In this document: positions 38,201 through 50,562 of the stretch, piece after piece | Position numbering within the stretch: position 1 is the stretch's first letter | Layout of the letters: every line of letters starts with the position of its first letter | Origin: Phoronis australis | Taxonomy: Eukaryota > Animalia > Phoronida | Length of the DNA stretch: 64,000 nt | Direction: 5' to 3' | Assembly (NCBI GenBank): GCA_002633005.1 | Contig: NMRA01000064.1 | Coordinates: 248,001-312,000 of the forward strand | The notes under the pieces: generated by a model | Databases searched by the model: none | What the model saw: the letters and a program-made list of their open reading frames with translations, nothing else | Told to the model about the DNA's origin: nothing | Made by a program: the position numbers and the translations under genes

Positions 38201-41200
38201 TCATATAACTTGTTTTGAGAATTCACAAAAATGCCATTTTTAATTACATGAAACATCTAATCTAATTCAGAAACGGGCACTAAGTCCAAAACAAAGTTTC
38301 TAGAAACTAATAACTCGTTTTTGATTCGAACATTACCAACCTGTCTCAGGTAGGAATCTCCACCATATAAAGCCACACAGCGAATGCGGGGATGGAGTTC
38401 TTGTATACTTCTGTAGATTTGTTGGCACAACTCTCTAGTTGGTGAAATAACTATGGCCTTTGGACTTCTTGAATGTTTCCGTATTTCACTTCAAATACAA
38501 GATTGAAGATACACGATTTTTTACTATCTCTAAAGCAGTCCAATATTAAAAGCATCATTATATAGCACACCAAAACACATCCAAGCCGTTCTGACAATAA
38601 TCAATAGGAAAATTCAGCCGGAAACAATAATAGCCAACAGAGGGTGCCACAAGTGTAGCCGCCACATTCCCACAACATACTTCTGCATCGGGTTTCCACA
38701 AAATTTATAAAGTCGTTTCACCAAAACTGAAGGATAAAGAAATTCTAATAGAAAACAAAATTGGTATTCTTATCAGTCCGAAAATTACGGACAAGGAAAG
38801 GTGACAAATGGACAGACAGGATGTTGACTGTAAGCAGTCCTATATTTTGTGTAGGCGCATAATGCTAACATCCTATCAAACCAGCAAATGATTACCTTTC
38901 TGAAATCTTCTGTATGATAGGGATTGAAAATGCTAGTGTCTTCCCACTTCCTGTGACTGCCCGGCCAATCACATCCCTGCAACGAAATTACCTGCAGTCT
39001 GTCACAATAGCTACAGATTGAAGAAAACCAAATCCAACAGCTGAACAATGTTTCACTTAGATGGAAGTGAAAGTACATCTGCTTTACAACAGCCCACTCG
39101 TTTATCTTTTATTCTAATTACACACAATGGAAAAAAGAAGTCAGCAGATGGACCACAACTCAGTGAGCACTATGACTCAAGATCATATCAGGTGGCTGTA
39201 CCGAAACAACAAAGTTGACTGGACAAATAGATCCAATAGCCAGACTCGTCAAATCAAGTAAGAGATCAGATGATGGAATCAGTCTCATAGGGCTGGCTAA
39301 AGTTAACAAGCCTGGCGTCCGTTTCATGAAAACCAACTTGAGATTTAAGTCAGAAGTTTGATCTTATGCTTCACACAATTAAAGAAAAAAACATTGGTAT
39401 GAAAATGTTTGCACACCTTATTATATAAGAATTAAGAAGAGCTAAAAAAGTCTTTGCTTGAACACACAAACAACAATGTTCCAGGTGTATTCTTACCGGC
39501 CTGCCAGGGTGTGTGGCAGAGTCTTGGCTTGTATTTCAAAAGGTTCGTCATAACCCAGTCTGGTCAGTTGCAAGGCTAGTTGAGGATCTATCGCAAAATC
39601 ACTGAACTGGACTCTGGAAAATTAAGTTGGATATCAGCTCAGGGAAATTTACTCAAAATAAAAAGAAATGTTGTTGCAAATTTTATGCTTAGAGAGGCAT
39701 CTCCATTTATAACTACTTCCACACCAAAAGCATCAAATTCGTCTAATCCCAAAGTGCTTACATGCATGTAGCATTTAACAGCTTTTATCAAAAATTTTAT
39801 CAAGAATTACCCAAGGAAGAATGCAAACACAACAAAAGCAAAACATGAACCAACGTGAATATTACGTTGCTATTATTAACTAGACTTACCCATCCTTAAC
39901 ACTGTGCTGGTGACCTGCAGACTGCCTGTGTTTGTGACGAAGGTTAGACAGTAACTCATGGCTGTGGTCATCATCTGATTCACTGTATGACTCATCAGAA
40001 TATCTGGCCGTACTGTGAGGATGGCTAGAACTGGCAAGTAGTCTGTGGTGGACAACTGCACTAGTACGCAGTGTCTGGCCTGAAATAAAAGAAAAACTCA
40101 CTCAGTATCTTCATGAATATTCACCACGGAACTTGATAGATATCAAAGCAAACGCAAAGAAAAACAACGTCAGGTACCAACATAAAATTTGAATGTTAAC
40201 AATTAACGAAGAACATCTTACATGGCATAATAATGAATAAAAACGTCCAGAACTTTGAAACGGTATCATGAACCTTTGATTCACTCGGCAGTGTTTGGGT
40301 TCAGCGCAGGAGTGCAGGCTTTCAATGCTTTGGGACTGAGTTTGACTTTGGCTGGAGCAAAGAAGGGAGTTTTGAATGCTGCCACCTTACAAGTGAGATT
40401 GCATTTTGAAACTAATTTTCCTTCACAATGCAACTTTTACGTGGCTCCGAAACAATCACCCACATATAGTCGATAAACACAGCGGAGTGTGTGGGTTGAT
40501 AAACAATGCAATAGGGCCCTGCCAAGCGGGAAAATCGTGGTGCGAGATTTGATTTGACAGGTTAAATAAACAGCAGCATTTTTCGATAGAAAACAACAAA
40601 TATTTACACGTAGTATGAAATTAAATTGATGCGAAATCTTCACATAATTTTTGCAAGTACATGTCATGTGCCAGGTCACACGCGTTGCTCAGTCTCGCGC
40701 TTGTCATTGCCTAACTGGCATGACGTCAACTGAAATACTTTGCGGTAATTGCGAGCAATAAAAAATTGAGGGGCCGGAACTCTTCACCAAAGTCATCTTA
40801 ACTCCCATAGCCATGCTTCATTGAAGATATGTTTAGAACAAGAAAGGGTCACTGAAGTACATGCAATTTTAAATGACAGTTTTAAATGTAAAATGTATTT
40901 TTGACTAGAAGAAAACCTCTTATGCGCTTTTCAGTGACCAAATTTAAAATACAATGATGGGGAGTTACAGCCCAGGTTCAGCCACCTGAGGGATAGATGC
41001 TGTCTAACCATTGTCTGGCTTAGTACGCCTGCAGCGTTCATCCCAGTCCCCACAGCAGAGGCCAAATATAATCAGCCCAGGTCAGGTAATTGCCTCTATA
41101 TGTCACCCTGATCCAGTGGTAAGTGCCTGGCAGTGACTCTGACTGGCAGTTACTCTTATTCAGTGAAACAGGGCCCTGCATTGCCTAACAAATACTAGTT

Positions 41201-44200
41201 ATTGCTTCTGTTGTAGCTGTGGGCCCAGGCCGGTCCAAACCATTTCTAGAGGGTACTCACACTACGTCCTAACTGGATGAGGCCACACTCCACAAGAGCC
41301 CAAACAATGTCGTCATGTGGTTTAGTCATATGACCAGTCACGTGGGAGTCATATGACAATTCATCAGTACTTCCTTCATTAGGGGTGCTGGACACACCAT
41401 GCCACCACCAACGTTAACAAAAGGATATCATAACAGAGAGAGGTCACAGCCGAGACAGACACAGGCAAGCCCCAATGGCAAGGTGCGGGAATCAGACTCA
41501 AGTAACAGTCCATTCGCTGCCATCTCCATAAGCCCCTTGCTCTGGAATTTCAAGAACCGTTTCACATGGCCTACCAAGCCAAAGTAACCGTTCTTGAAAA
41601 AAACAGCCCACCACAACACGTCCTCGGTCACACCTTCAAAGCAATGGAGATGCACACCCAAGTCCGGGCCACAGTGACGCTTCAGGAGGTCAAAGACGAA
41701 GTCATGGCCCCCCAGAAAGCGGGGATTGTCTGGGGATCTATATAGGTGAATCACGACTTTATTTTTGAGGCTGGGTCATTGGAGTGAACCTCCACGAAGA
41801 GACACACTACCACCTCCAGAACCTCCTTTTGGGTGGGCAAGTCATACCTAACCCAGCTACAAAGGGCTCTTTAAGTAGCTGGGTCAATCGGTTCCGAAGA
41901 CAAGAATTGATTGTTCCTACCCTTTTGGGATAGACACCCACCACAGCCTTCCACCCATGTGAAAAATGGGAAGCTTCAACATACTACCAGTTTTCCAAAT
42001 TGCAGAAAACTGCAACCCCACCAACCAACTGCAGAGGCCTCATAGAAGCCCATGGCAGTTGGACAGCGAGCATTTGGTTGATCGTAAACATTCTCGACTC
42101 AGTGAATTGGCACTGAGCTCAGGATGCAAACGACCCAAATGAAAGTGGGTGTCAATAGCCAGATCAGGAACAGGCCCTGGTCGAGCTTTGGCAGCGGTCG
42201 ATGGAGCCTCTGATGAAGGTCAACCCACTAGTGGCCGGCCAGGTGGCTTGCGAGCTTTTGCCGAGTACGTCATCAGTCTGCTGCTTCTAAGCTGCAAGCG
42301 AAGATTCAGCAGAGCCAGCTCCACCAGAAGAACTACTGCCAGCAATAGCCACATGGGTGTGGAGGAGCCGGCAAGTCCTCCTTGTCCTGTAACACCATCC
42401 AACTGAGTAGATAGGGTAATGAAACTGGATTGCACCGGACTTGGAAGTCCTGTGCCACCCGTCATATTTCTCTGGGGCAGCACTAGACACGTAACCTGTC
42501 TGTAAACAGGACCTGGATGGCACTGGACTCGGAAGTACTGCGCCAACTTACCACATTTCTCTTGGGTTGCATTAGACACGTAACCCGCCTGTAAATAAGT
42601 ATTTACAGGCACGCTCCACAAGGTTGTTAACCCTTGGAACACAATTTTGCCCAAATATTACAAATTAAAAACGTACCTGTGGCAAATACAAGGCCTGAAT
42701 GAAGCAAAATACAGTACCAGTTCCTAACCAAAACAGAAAAGGTCGCCAATATATTTTAAAATGTTAGCACCTTCCACACACATGCTTTGATGTCCACATC
42801 ATCTTGTCGCTGAGTCTTTACAGCCATAAAGTAATGTCATGACTTGTGAAAAAATGTCAACAGGTAACCTAATGACCTAGTTTGTACTTGAATGCCATTG
42901 GTTAGTGGTTGATTTAACATTAACACCAGGACCACATACCAGTGTGTAGTGAGATGGTACTGATGGTATGCGACCTGTCTTGATGGTCATTCATTCTTCT
43001 GACCAACGAACCCAACTGATGTATCACTGTAGTGTTGCAAGGTAAGATGGATTTCTTACCACAAGTGGATGCAAGACGCTGGGTTGTTGATCCTAGGATC
43101 AATCTCAAAGGCTGACGGGTTAGACCATCGTACTACACATGAACCCCATGCCTGGGCCAGGCCTAGCCTTGGTACAAAGCTGTATACTAAATATACAGCT
43201 TTGTGCCGAAGTGGGTAAAAAAGTGGTAAGGTAAAATCTGACACAAAATTAGTGTCATTAAAAACTAGTCTTTCTTGAGTAAACTAAATTATTTAACGGT
43301 GTTGAAAAAAATGGTGTTCTACCGTTATTCTGCTGCTAAAGTTGTGGAGCGATCTTCTGCGCCATGAAATATTGCATCACCTATTGGCCAGTTTATTTTC
43401 TCGCCAATTCTTCAATGAACTGTTGTTCTTTCACGAGGTTGCATACACTTCACAACAATTATTGGAACTCCTTTCACTTCATTACAAGTTTTTAGAATTT
43501 CGATACCGAAAAACCAAATTTCAGAACAAATTTTGCTGCTGCAAAGTTGTCGCATAAATTTAAATGAAATGGCGCGTGCCCGTGACGCGAGCGTAGCTGT
43601 TTTTAAAACGACAACATACTTTTCATTATTACAAAAGGTCGAGAGTGACACAAGAAAATGACGTTTGTTGCATTGTTGTTCACTTATACCGATGTAACGG
43701 GCAAGGTGAGTGTCGGTCGACTCCCAGATTTTGCAAGCAACCCCTCCGCGGTCTTTTTAGCCTTTTAATGGCTTTAAATGTTGAAACAAGTTTCACGGCG
43801 AGGTGACGAGCAGAGCTACCCCTGGCTGAGTGAAATTTCGGGGCCTATGGAAGAAAAACACACAGTGGTACCTAACTGTATTTTGACGATAGTCTTCATA
43901 CAGCTCTGGCCGGTCTAAGCCTACATCGGAGTATATAGTCCGATTACCTCTCGTCGTCAGTCTCCAAAGGTCGTCCGCCATCTTGTTTCGCGTGCAGCGC
44001 TGCCACGCGGGACTTAGCGTTCCAATTTGGAACGCTCGTCTGCACGTTAGGTACTTACCTCTCGGGAGAAACACGCGTGGAAGAACTGAGACTAAAATTA
44101 ATGCATTTACCGACTGTTTTTTGAGACCACTTAAAAACTTGTTGATTTTACTAATGCACTTTTTTGTTCATTTTCAGAAGATATTTTCGAAATTAAATTT

Positions 44201-45527
44201 TCTTCAGACGGAACAAAAAGCAACCCAGGGATTGTTTATGCAATGTATCTATTTGTCCCAGGCACTAACCGACATCTGTTAGGCCAAAGGAAAAACGCAG
44301 CAGACAAATGGAACACGCTGGGTGCTTAACAGTTTCGGCCCACGCCTTGGTCATCAAAATATTGTTCACTTGTTTTTTTATTGCAAAACACAGTACTGAA
44401 CTCAACATTTATGTTGAAAATTTTGGTTAAAGCATTTTGAATTTATTTGAAGAAAATTAAAATACTTGAATTGATAGAGAATGGCCACCAATAAAGTAAA
44501 ACATTGACTTTATTTCACTATATTGCATTTGTTACATACAACACAGCATGACATAATCAAAAATAAAAGAAGAGATTGAGCAATAAAATTCAAATGCAAC
44601 TTGGGTATTTATTTATTTATTTATGAATGCAGAAGCCTGTTAAAGATGAGAAAAAATCAAACAATACAATTATGGGTAATTTATTAGAACAATTGTATCG
44701 AGGTTCAATGATCAACTTCCGCCTACCAAGTCTCAAAGGCTTACAGTTCTGTTTTGGCTGACAAGGTGTTAACAGAGAATGAAGAGAAACTGAAAAGAAA
44801 AAGAAGGACAGCAGAGATAAGTGATGTTAAGAACAACAAGAGCAAAAAGTCAAATAAAGAGGTCACAAATACAAAATAAGTAAGGTCTGCCTGGAATAAA
44901 ACAATTGTGATTTATTTTCCAGAACTGAAATTCTAAATCAATTTTAATCGATTTAAAAATCGATATCATACCAGTAAAACAGTTTGTGGTTGAAGTAGAG
45001 TTGCTGTAAACCACTTTCCACTATTTTCTTGGCCTTTTTCTGTGTGGTTTTCTGTCCTTTCAAAAGGCGGCAGCACATGACGACCATAGGTGTCATTATA
45101 AAATGGCTGCCGAAAACCAATGCACAGTTGAACAACTCGGCTTAAGTAAAAGAAAACGTTTGAATCAACGAATACTATATATTTGTGAGAGTTAAATCAA
45201 GTCCTATTCAGATCATAACTTTGAAGTGGAATAATTGGGTGAGTAAGACAACAAGCCGGTTTTATGCTTAGGCGGACGACTATAGGGTTTCGGAGTGTAC
45301 ATCGCATCGGCCAGCCCATGCCTGGCCACCCATGACGGCAACACGGTTCAGGATTCATTTAAAGGCACTGGTCGGATATAGCCGGTAGTCCTACAGCGAC
45401 GTTTATTATACTACTTACGGTTAAAGTGTTGAAACAACGGGACGTTGCAGCTATAACAGAAGTGGGGTTGCAAAATTTTTATAATCTGTCGTAATGATGA
45501 AAACGTGCTTCCATAACAAGCAGCCAT
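32209..45527 (-). CDS. DEAD-box RNA helicase, DDX21/DDX50-like (plant RH9/RH53-like architecture), 599 aa, putatively mitochondrial
   Basis: 14 phase-consistent GT-AG exons: 45527-45419, 40079-39890, 39613-39497, 38976-38896, 38488-38341, 37677-37597, 37213-37148, 36222-36125, 35707-35632, 35436-35340, 34475-34284, 33844-33717, 33076-32796, 32344-32209 (1800 nt). Motifs: Q (GYDEPFEIQ), I (AVTGSGKT), Ia (PTREL), GG, Ib (TPGR), II (DEAD), III (SAT), V ([18 protein letters not shown]), VI ([11 protein letters not shown]). Confidence 0.92.
41200..42660 (-). pseudogene. Decayed intronless TatD-family nuclease ORF within helicase intron 1, probably mobile-element-borne
   Basis: Motifs in TatD order across frameshifts and stops: [10 protein letters not shown] (~42160-42130), [58 protein letters not shown] (~41500). 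Confidence 0.75.
43272..43925 (+). mobile_element. Dispersed non-autonomous repeat, copy 2 (homologous to 2385-2965)
   Basis: Same colinear blocks as copy 1. Confidence 0.8.
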
Positions 45528-45731
45528 TTTTGTCGTTAGCAGCGATCCTGGTGCCGTATTTAACAACTTCGCCCTGAGAGCCATTCCGTAGATGTAAGAC
45601 ACACGATATGATAGTGTAAATCACATGACTTAGTAGAAATTCAAGGCGATACCTCGCGAAGAGTTGCGTGATATTTTATTTTTGCCAGAAACCTGCTTCT
45701 CTGAACGCAGCCTGGGTTGCAAAGTTCACAG
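45528..45731. promoter_or_regulatory. Bidirectional promoter region for the helicase (-) and LDAH (+), including the candidate non-coding LDAH exon 1
   Basis: Helicase ATG (AAAATGGCT) at 45527 on the minus strand; plus-strand donor CAG|GTATGG at 45731/45732 (weaker GAT|GTAAGA near 45593) can join acceptor TTTTCAG at ~47696, upstream of the LDAH ATG; CpG-rich. Confidence 0.6.
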
Positions 45732-47467
45732 GTATGGTTCAGTTCAGTGCAAATGTAAATCTGTAACAAGTTGAAAGACTTAAAAGTCTTTCAAAAGAGG
45801 CTTTAGTTTAGGTGTCTATAACAGGCCGGTTAGATATCTGATTAAACTACAGGCGTTGACGGCAGAAGTACAATATTCATCAAAAGTGCTCAAACACGAT
45901 ATTAGTTGGCAACGGGGGAGGAGCCTAGGCCTAGGGCAAAATAATAATGGCTACTGGGTCGTGGTAGCCATGCGGGATCCCCCACACTGAAACAAAGAAT
46001 GAACTCGCCAGGATCTGATTCACTAGCACCGCTAAACACAGTCTGAGAACATGCCAGAACACTCACCCCTCAAAAAAGTGAACTTGTCACTGGAACCCCC
46101 CCCCCCCGTGAAGTGTGATATCCTTTTGCCAGTTTTGGCTACTTTTGTAGCAACAATATCGACCCTTTTGTTGAGTTCCATAAAGGGAAAAGTCATCCAT
46201 CGTTAAAGTACAGCGTATAGCCGTTCCAGGCTTGGCTGTTCAGAATCCATACGGGGTAATAAAAATTATCTTGTCAACCAAGACCAACCCTTTGCTAAAC
46301 TGTGGAGGGGCTCGCAAAGAACTGCATTCACTGGCCTTGTATGTCATTTTCAAAAGGTATATTGTACGGTGCGCAAAATTCTAAGCTACCATGTGGACTA
46401 CTTTTTTACCCCCTCCAAGCCCAAAATGGTGGTTGCACCGCTGAGTGCACAACCTATTTACTTTTTACAGAAACCAAAATGGTTTAAATAGAATAAACTG
46501 TTCTCTCAAGCCAAATGATCACATTCATTTTGACATTTCATAATAGAAAGTGGTTTAAATCAAAATCTGTTTTTTTCTTGTCAAGGCAGGTTTATAGTTT
46601 CATACACTTTCGAATATTTCACCTAATGAGTAAGAACCTTATAGTCATTAAGATAGAGATTCAGACTCGAAAGTTTGACATTGTAATCCAAAGGCCAATG
46701 TCACTTAAAATTCCAGGTTTTAAAAGTGCATAGAATGCATGTTTTTTTAAATTTTCTCTTTGTCAAGTTTTACAGGGAGCCTTCTTTGTAATAAACCTTT
46801 ATTTACGCTTAGTGCAATAATTAAATTTGTGTCATGTCGTCCAGCAACTAGATTGTTTTTTCTGAGACCTCAGTTGACTTAAGGTACAGTGACCACGTAT
46901 CAATTTCATAAATATTTTTAAATAAAAGGTAATATGTAGGAACCTATAAATATGCCCAAATTTGACTGATTTTGGAACATCATGTCTCCTAAATGGCTGA
47001 TCATATTCATATTAAACTTTCAGATATTATGTTTTATGCATCCTTCTCAAAAACACTTCTAGGAATTGTTGCACTTTTGCATGAGGGGCTATCGCAAAAT
47101 AGGACTTTATGATTTCCATGAAAAATCTTTTAAGTTGTATGAAATGAAAATGGCGGAAATTGTATTTTAGAAAACTATAACAACATTTTTGATGTCTCAC
47201 CTATAACATTTATAGCATATAAAATTTGATCATGTTATTGATACTATTAATTAGCTACCAAAGTATCTTTACTTTTTTTCTAAATTTTACTAAGAAGCCA
47301 TGGTCATGTGACCCAGTAGCAGGTTGGTGAAAAGTTAAAAATCTAATTCTACAGGCTTTCTCGGTTAGAAAAGTACTTTTACTGCATTAAAATCTTTGGT
47401 TTTTCTAGGTATTTTGCTAAATGAACACTTCAATGTTTGTAACTGAGGTGCTACAGCAACTTAATGT

Positions 47468-47690
47468 TTTGCATGTGCAGTACTACAGGGCCCTAAGCTC
47501 CTGGTGTCTGCTTTGCATGTGCAGTACTACGGGGCCCTAAGCTCCTGGTGTCTGCTTTGCATGTGCAGTACTACAGGGCCCTAAGCTCATGGTGTCTACT
47601 TTGCATGCGCAGTACTACAGGGCCCTAAGCTCCTGGTGTCTGCTTTGCATGTGCAGTACTACAGGGCTCTAAGCTCCTGGTGTCTGCTTT
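47468..47690. repeat. 44-bp minisatellite x5 abutting the LDAH acceptor
   Basis: TTTGCATGTGCAGTACTACAGGGCCCTAAGCTCCTGGTGTCTGC units; the last merges into TTTTTTCAG. Confidence 0.95.
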
Positions 47691-47722
47691 TTTCAGATAA
47701 TTGAACTTGGAGTGTTTCAAGT

Positions 47723-50010
47723 ATGGATGACCTGTTGACTCATCTCTATGTGGATGTGGGGGGAGTGAACACACACGTTCTCAAGTGCAGCCATCCTAAA
47801 GCTGGTGGTTACCTTGCGATAATCATACCAGGTACTCAACATCTCGCAGTGTAGGAATTTTAAAGGAATGTTGACAGTTAATGCGATGTGGTTGGCGTAC
47901 ACATAAAGTTTTATTTTAATATTTGAAACATATTTTGACTCCTTAACCGAAGAGCCAAAACCAGCAGCTGATCTGTGATGTAATCACAAGAAACTCACTT
48001 GTGTCATTTTCGAATTTCAGGACTAGCTAATTGTAAGCCTTATAAAATTGACATCTGTTGAGAGTTTGTACCTTGTTAGTGAAAGAAAACAAGCCTTATT
48101 GTGGTAAAAAAAGTTTTGAGACCAGTTTCCTGTGTTTTTTAGCCAGCTAAATAGGGTGATATGCACCTTTAATTTTGTTACAAATAGCAAGGTTTGTTGA
48201 GTAATTTTAATCAGCAGTAGTTAAATTTTCTGAGTGATTCAAGGCACTTATTAGGAGAATGTGCATAATAGTTTTTCCCACTCAGTGATTTTTAAAACTG
48301 ATTTTAACTTGTTTTTAGGTAACCCAGGTATCATTGAGTTCTACGAAGAATTTATGGTCACCCTTTACAAATGCAGTGATGGTCACCTTCCTGTATGGGG
48401 GATCTCACACGCTGGTCATGTGAAAGCAACCCCACCTGAGTCAGTCAATGGTAGGCACATTTTGCCTGATTGTAAACATGATTAAATTGATGCATCTCTG
48501 ATTAAAAAAAACATCTGAATCTTTTGTTTATGGACAATGTATTTGGTTGCTAAAAAGCTGCTGTCGTATTGATTTTAAACAATCTATTGCATAAAGTGAA
48601 TCTCACCCAATGCAGATATCACAATACACCGGAATTAGACATTCTCCACGGGTGAAGAACCACACAAACAAGACTTCTCATATGTTTTAAGTTAGGAAAC
48701 CACTTTATGGAAGATCTAATAAGTAATTGTCCGTAATTTAGGACATGATATGTCTGACAAGTGAAGTTTTATGTTATTAGATTTTGATGTTGTAATGCTT
48801 TACCATTTTCAAACTTTGCACTTCAGTATTTTGAATAATTGTGAATTATGAACATTCACAATAACTTGTAGCTTTGAATAATTGTGAATTATGAACATTC
48901 ACAATAACTTGGAGCTTTGAAAAATGAAAAGGGTCAGTTCTGGCAATTATGTTTCCTGAAACTGTTAAAATTTATGATTTCTTAATTACATAGACACAGA
49001 CTTGCTAGTTAAGTTAATAAATGGCACCCGTTTGGTTAACTTAATCCCTGTTTATCTTGATGCCCTCCGTTGGAAATTGACATTTTCATTTTTCAAGTTC
49101 TTACTCAGTTTACTGAAGATCACCCCAATTTCTTGTTGTCTATTGAAATGCCCTTGGCTCAGATGGATATGCTATAAGTGTGTGACCTACTTTGATTCTT
49201 ATTGATATGTAATAGTATTTCATCTGTCATGTAACAATTTGTACTTGTTGTACTTTCGTGCTTATAATATTTGTCTTTGAGATGCTTGTGTGGTCTCCAT
49301 TAAAACATATAATTTCAGGGTCAACAAGTCACCAGTCTATGTATGACCTGACTGGGCAAATCATGCACAAAGTCTTATTCATCAAAAACCACGTGCCTGC
49401 AAGTGTAAAGCTCTTCCTGATTGGACATTCCATCGGTTGTTACATGATCCTTAGGATGCTGGAACATCTCTCCGACAGACACGTGACCAAATGTTACATG
49501 TTGTTTCCAACAATCGAACGAATGGCACAGACGCCAGAGGGACGGATTATGACCCCGTTCTTAAAGTACTTTAGACATGTAGCTGCAGTGTTCATTTACA
49601 TGCTGTCGTGGTTACCAGAGTTTGCGAAGAAGAGTCTAATACGATTGCACTTAAGTGACAAACACATACATAAGTGTGCTCACGCTGCGGCACTTAATTT
49701 ATTTGATGCCAAGTGTGCTTATAACTGTATGTACTTGGCAAATATAGAGATGGCCACTGTGAAAGACCTTGATGTGAATACTGTTAAGAAGCACTGTGAT
49801 AAGTTAACATTTTATTATGGTAGCAAAGACCACTGGTGTCCGATAGAGTATTACCATTCACTGCTAAATTTAGTACCGAATATTGATGCCAGGGTGTGCA
49901 CTAGAGGGATGGATCATGCTTTTGTATTAGGGTCTGGTGCTGAAATGGCAGAAATGGTGTGGAACTGGGTACAGTTAACAGTTGACAATATAAAAGTAGA
50001 AAGTACATAG
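47723..50010 (+). CDS. LDAH: Lipid droplet-associated hydrolase (alpha/beta hydrolase), 310 aa
   Basis: Exons 47723-47831, 48319-48450 and 49319-50010 (933 nt). Motifs IIPGNPG..EFY..F, ISHAGH, nucleophile elbow GHSIG, LFPTIERMA.TP.G, FYYG.KDHWCP and HAFV are characteristic of LDAH/C2orf43. Confidence 0.93.
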
Positions 50011-50562
50011 ATAAGGTATTCTAACTGAAATTAATACTCATATTTGTCAGTTGTGGAAATAATCGGGCTATGAATAACTAATTGTGTCAAGTTGTGGCAA
50101 TAACCTTGGTATGAATAACTAACAGAGTTATTAAAGAATTAAGCCAGAAATAACATTTCAAAATTTCACCGATTTTCCGTTGTTTATGAAAGTTACGATT
50201 AGAAAGAAATGTCTGCTGTAGATGGTGTTGCAGTATAGTCACCTTGATTCCATTTTCTAATTATTTCCAAAAATTTTGTTTTAGCTGCAAACCGTGAATT
50301 GTGGAGTATTAAATATACATGATAATAATTAAGAACATTACCAATGTGACATTATTTTATTTGTCCTAATTTTATACACCGATATGTGCAATAAATACAA
50401 TTATTTATGTTTAGTATTGAAAGTTTGTATGCATGTCTTAACATGGCTACCACTGTTCATTCACAACCACATTTGACATAGCAGTCTGCTTGGCTGATGT
50501 TTGAAGTCTGAAATATTGTGACTTGTCATTTCTTTATCGCATCCTGTTTGTAACGGATAACG

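Noticed and set aside
40190-40680. Helicase start exon immediately upstream of exon 2 (e.g. ATGCCAT|GTAAAG)
   Set aside because: 45527-45419 offers a better start context, a consensus GTAAGT donor, the correct phase and a promoter-like setting.
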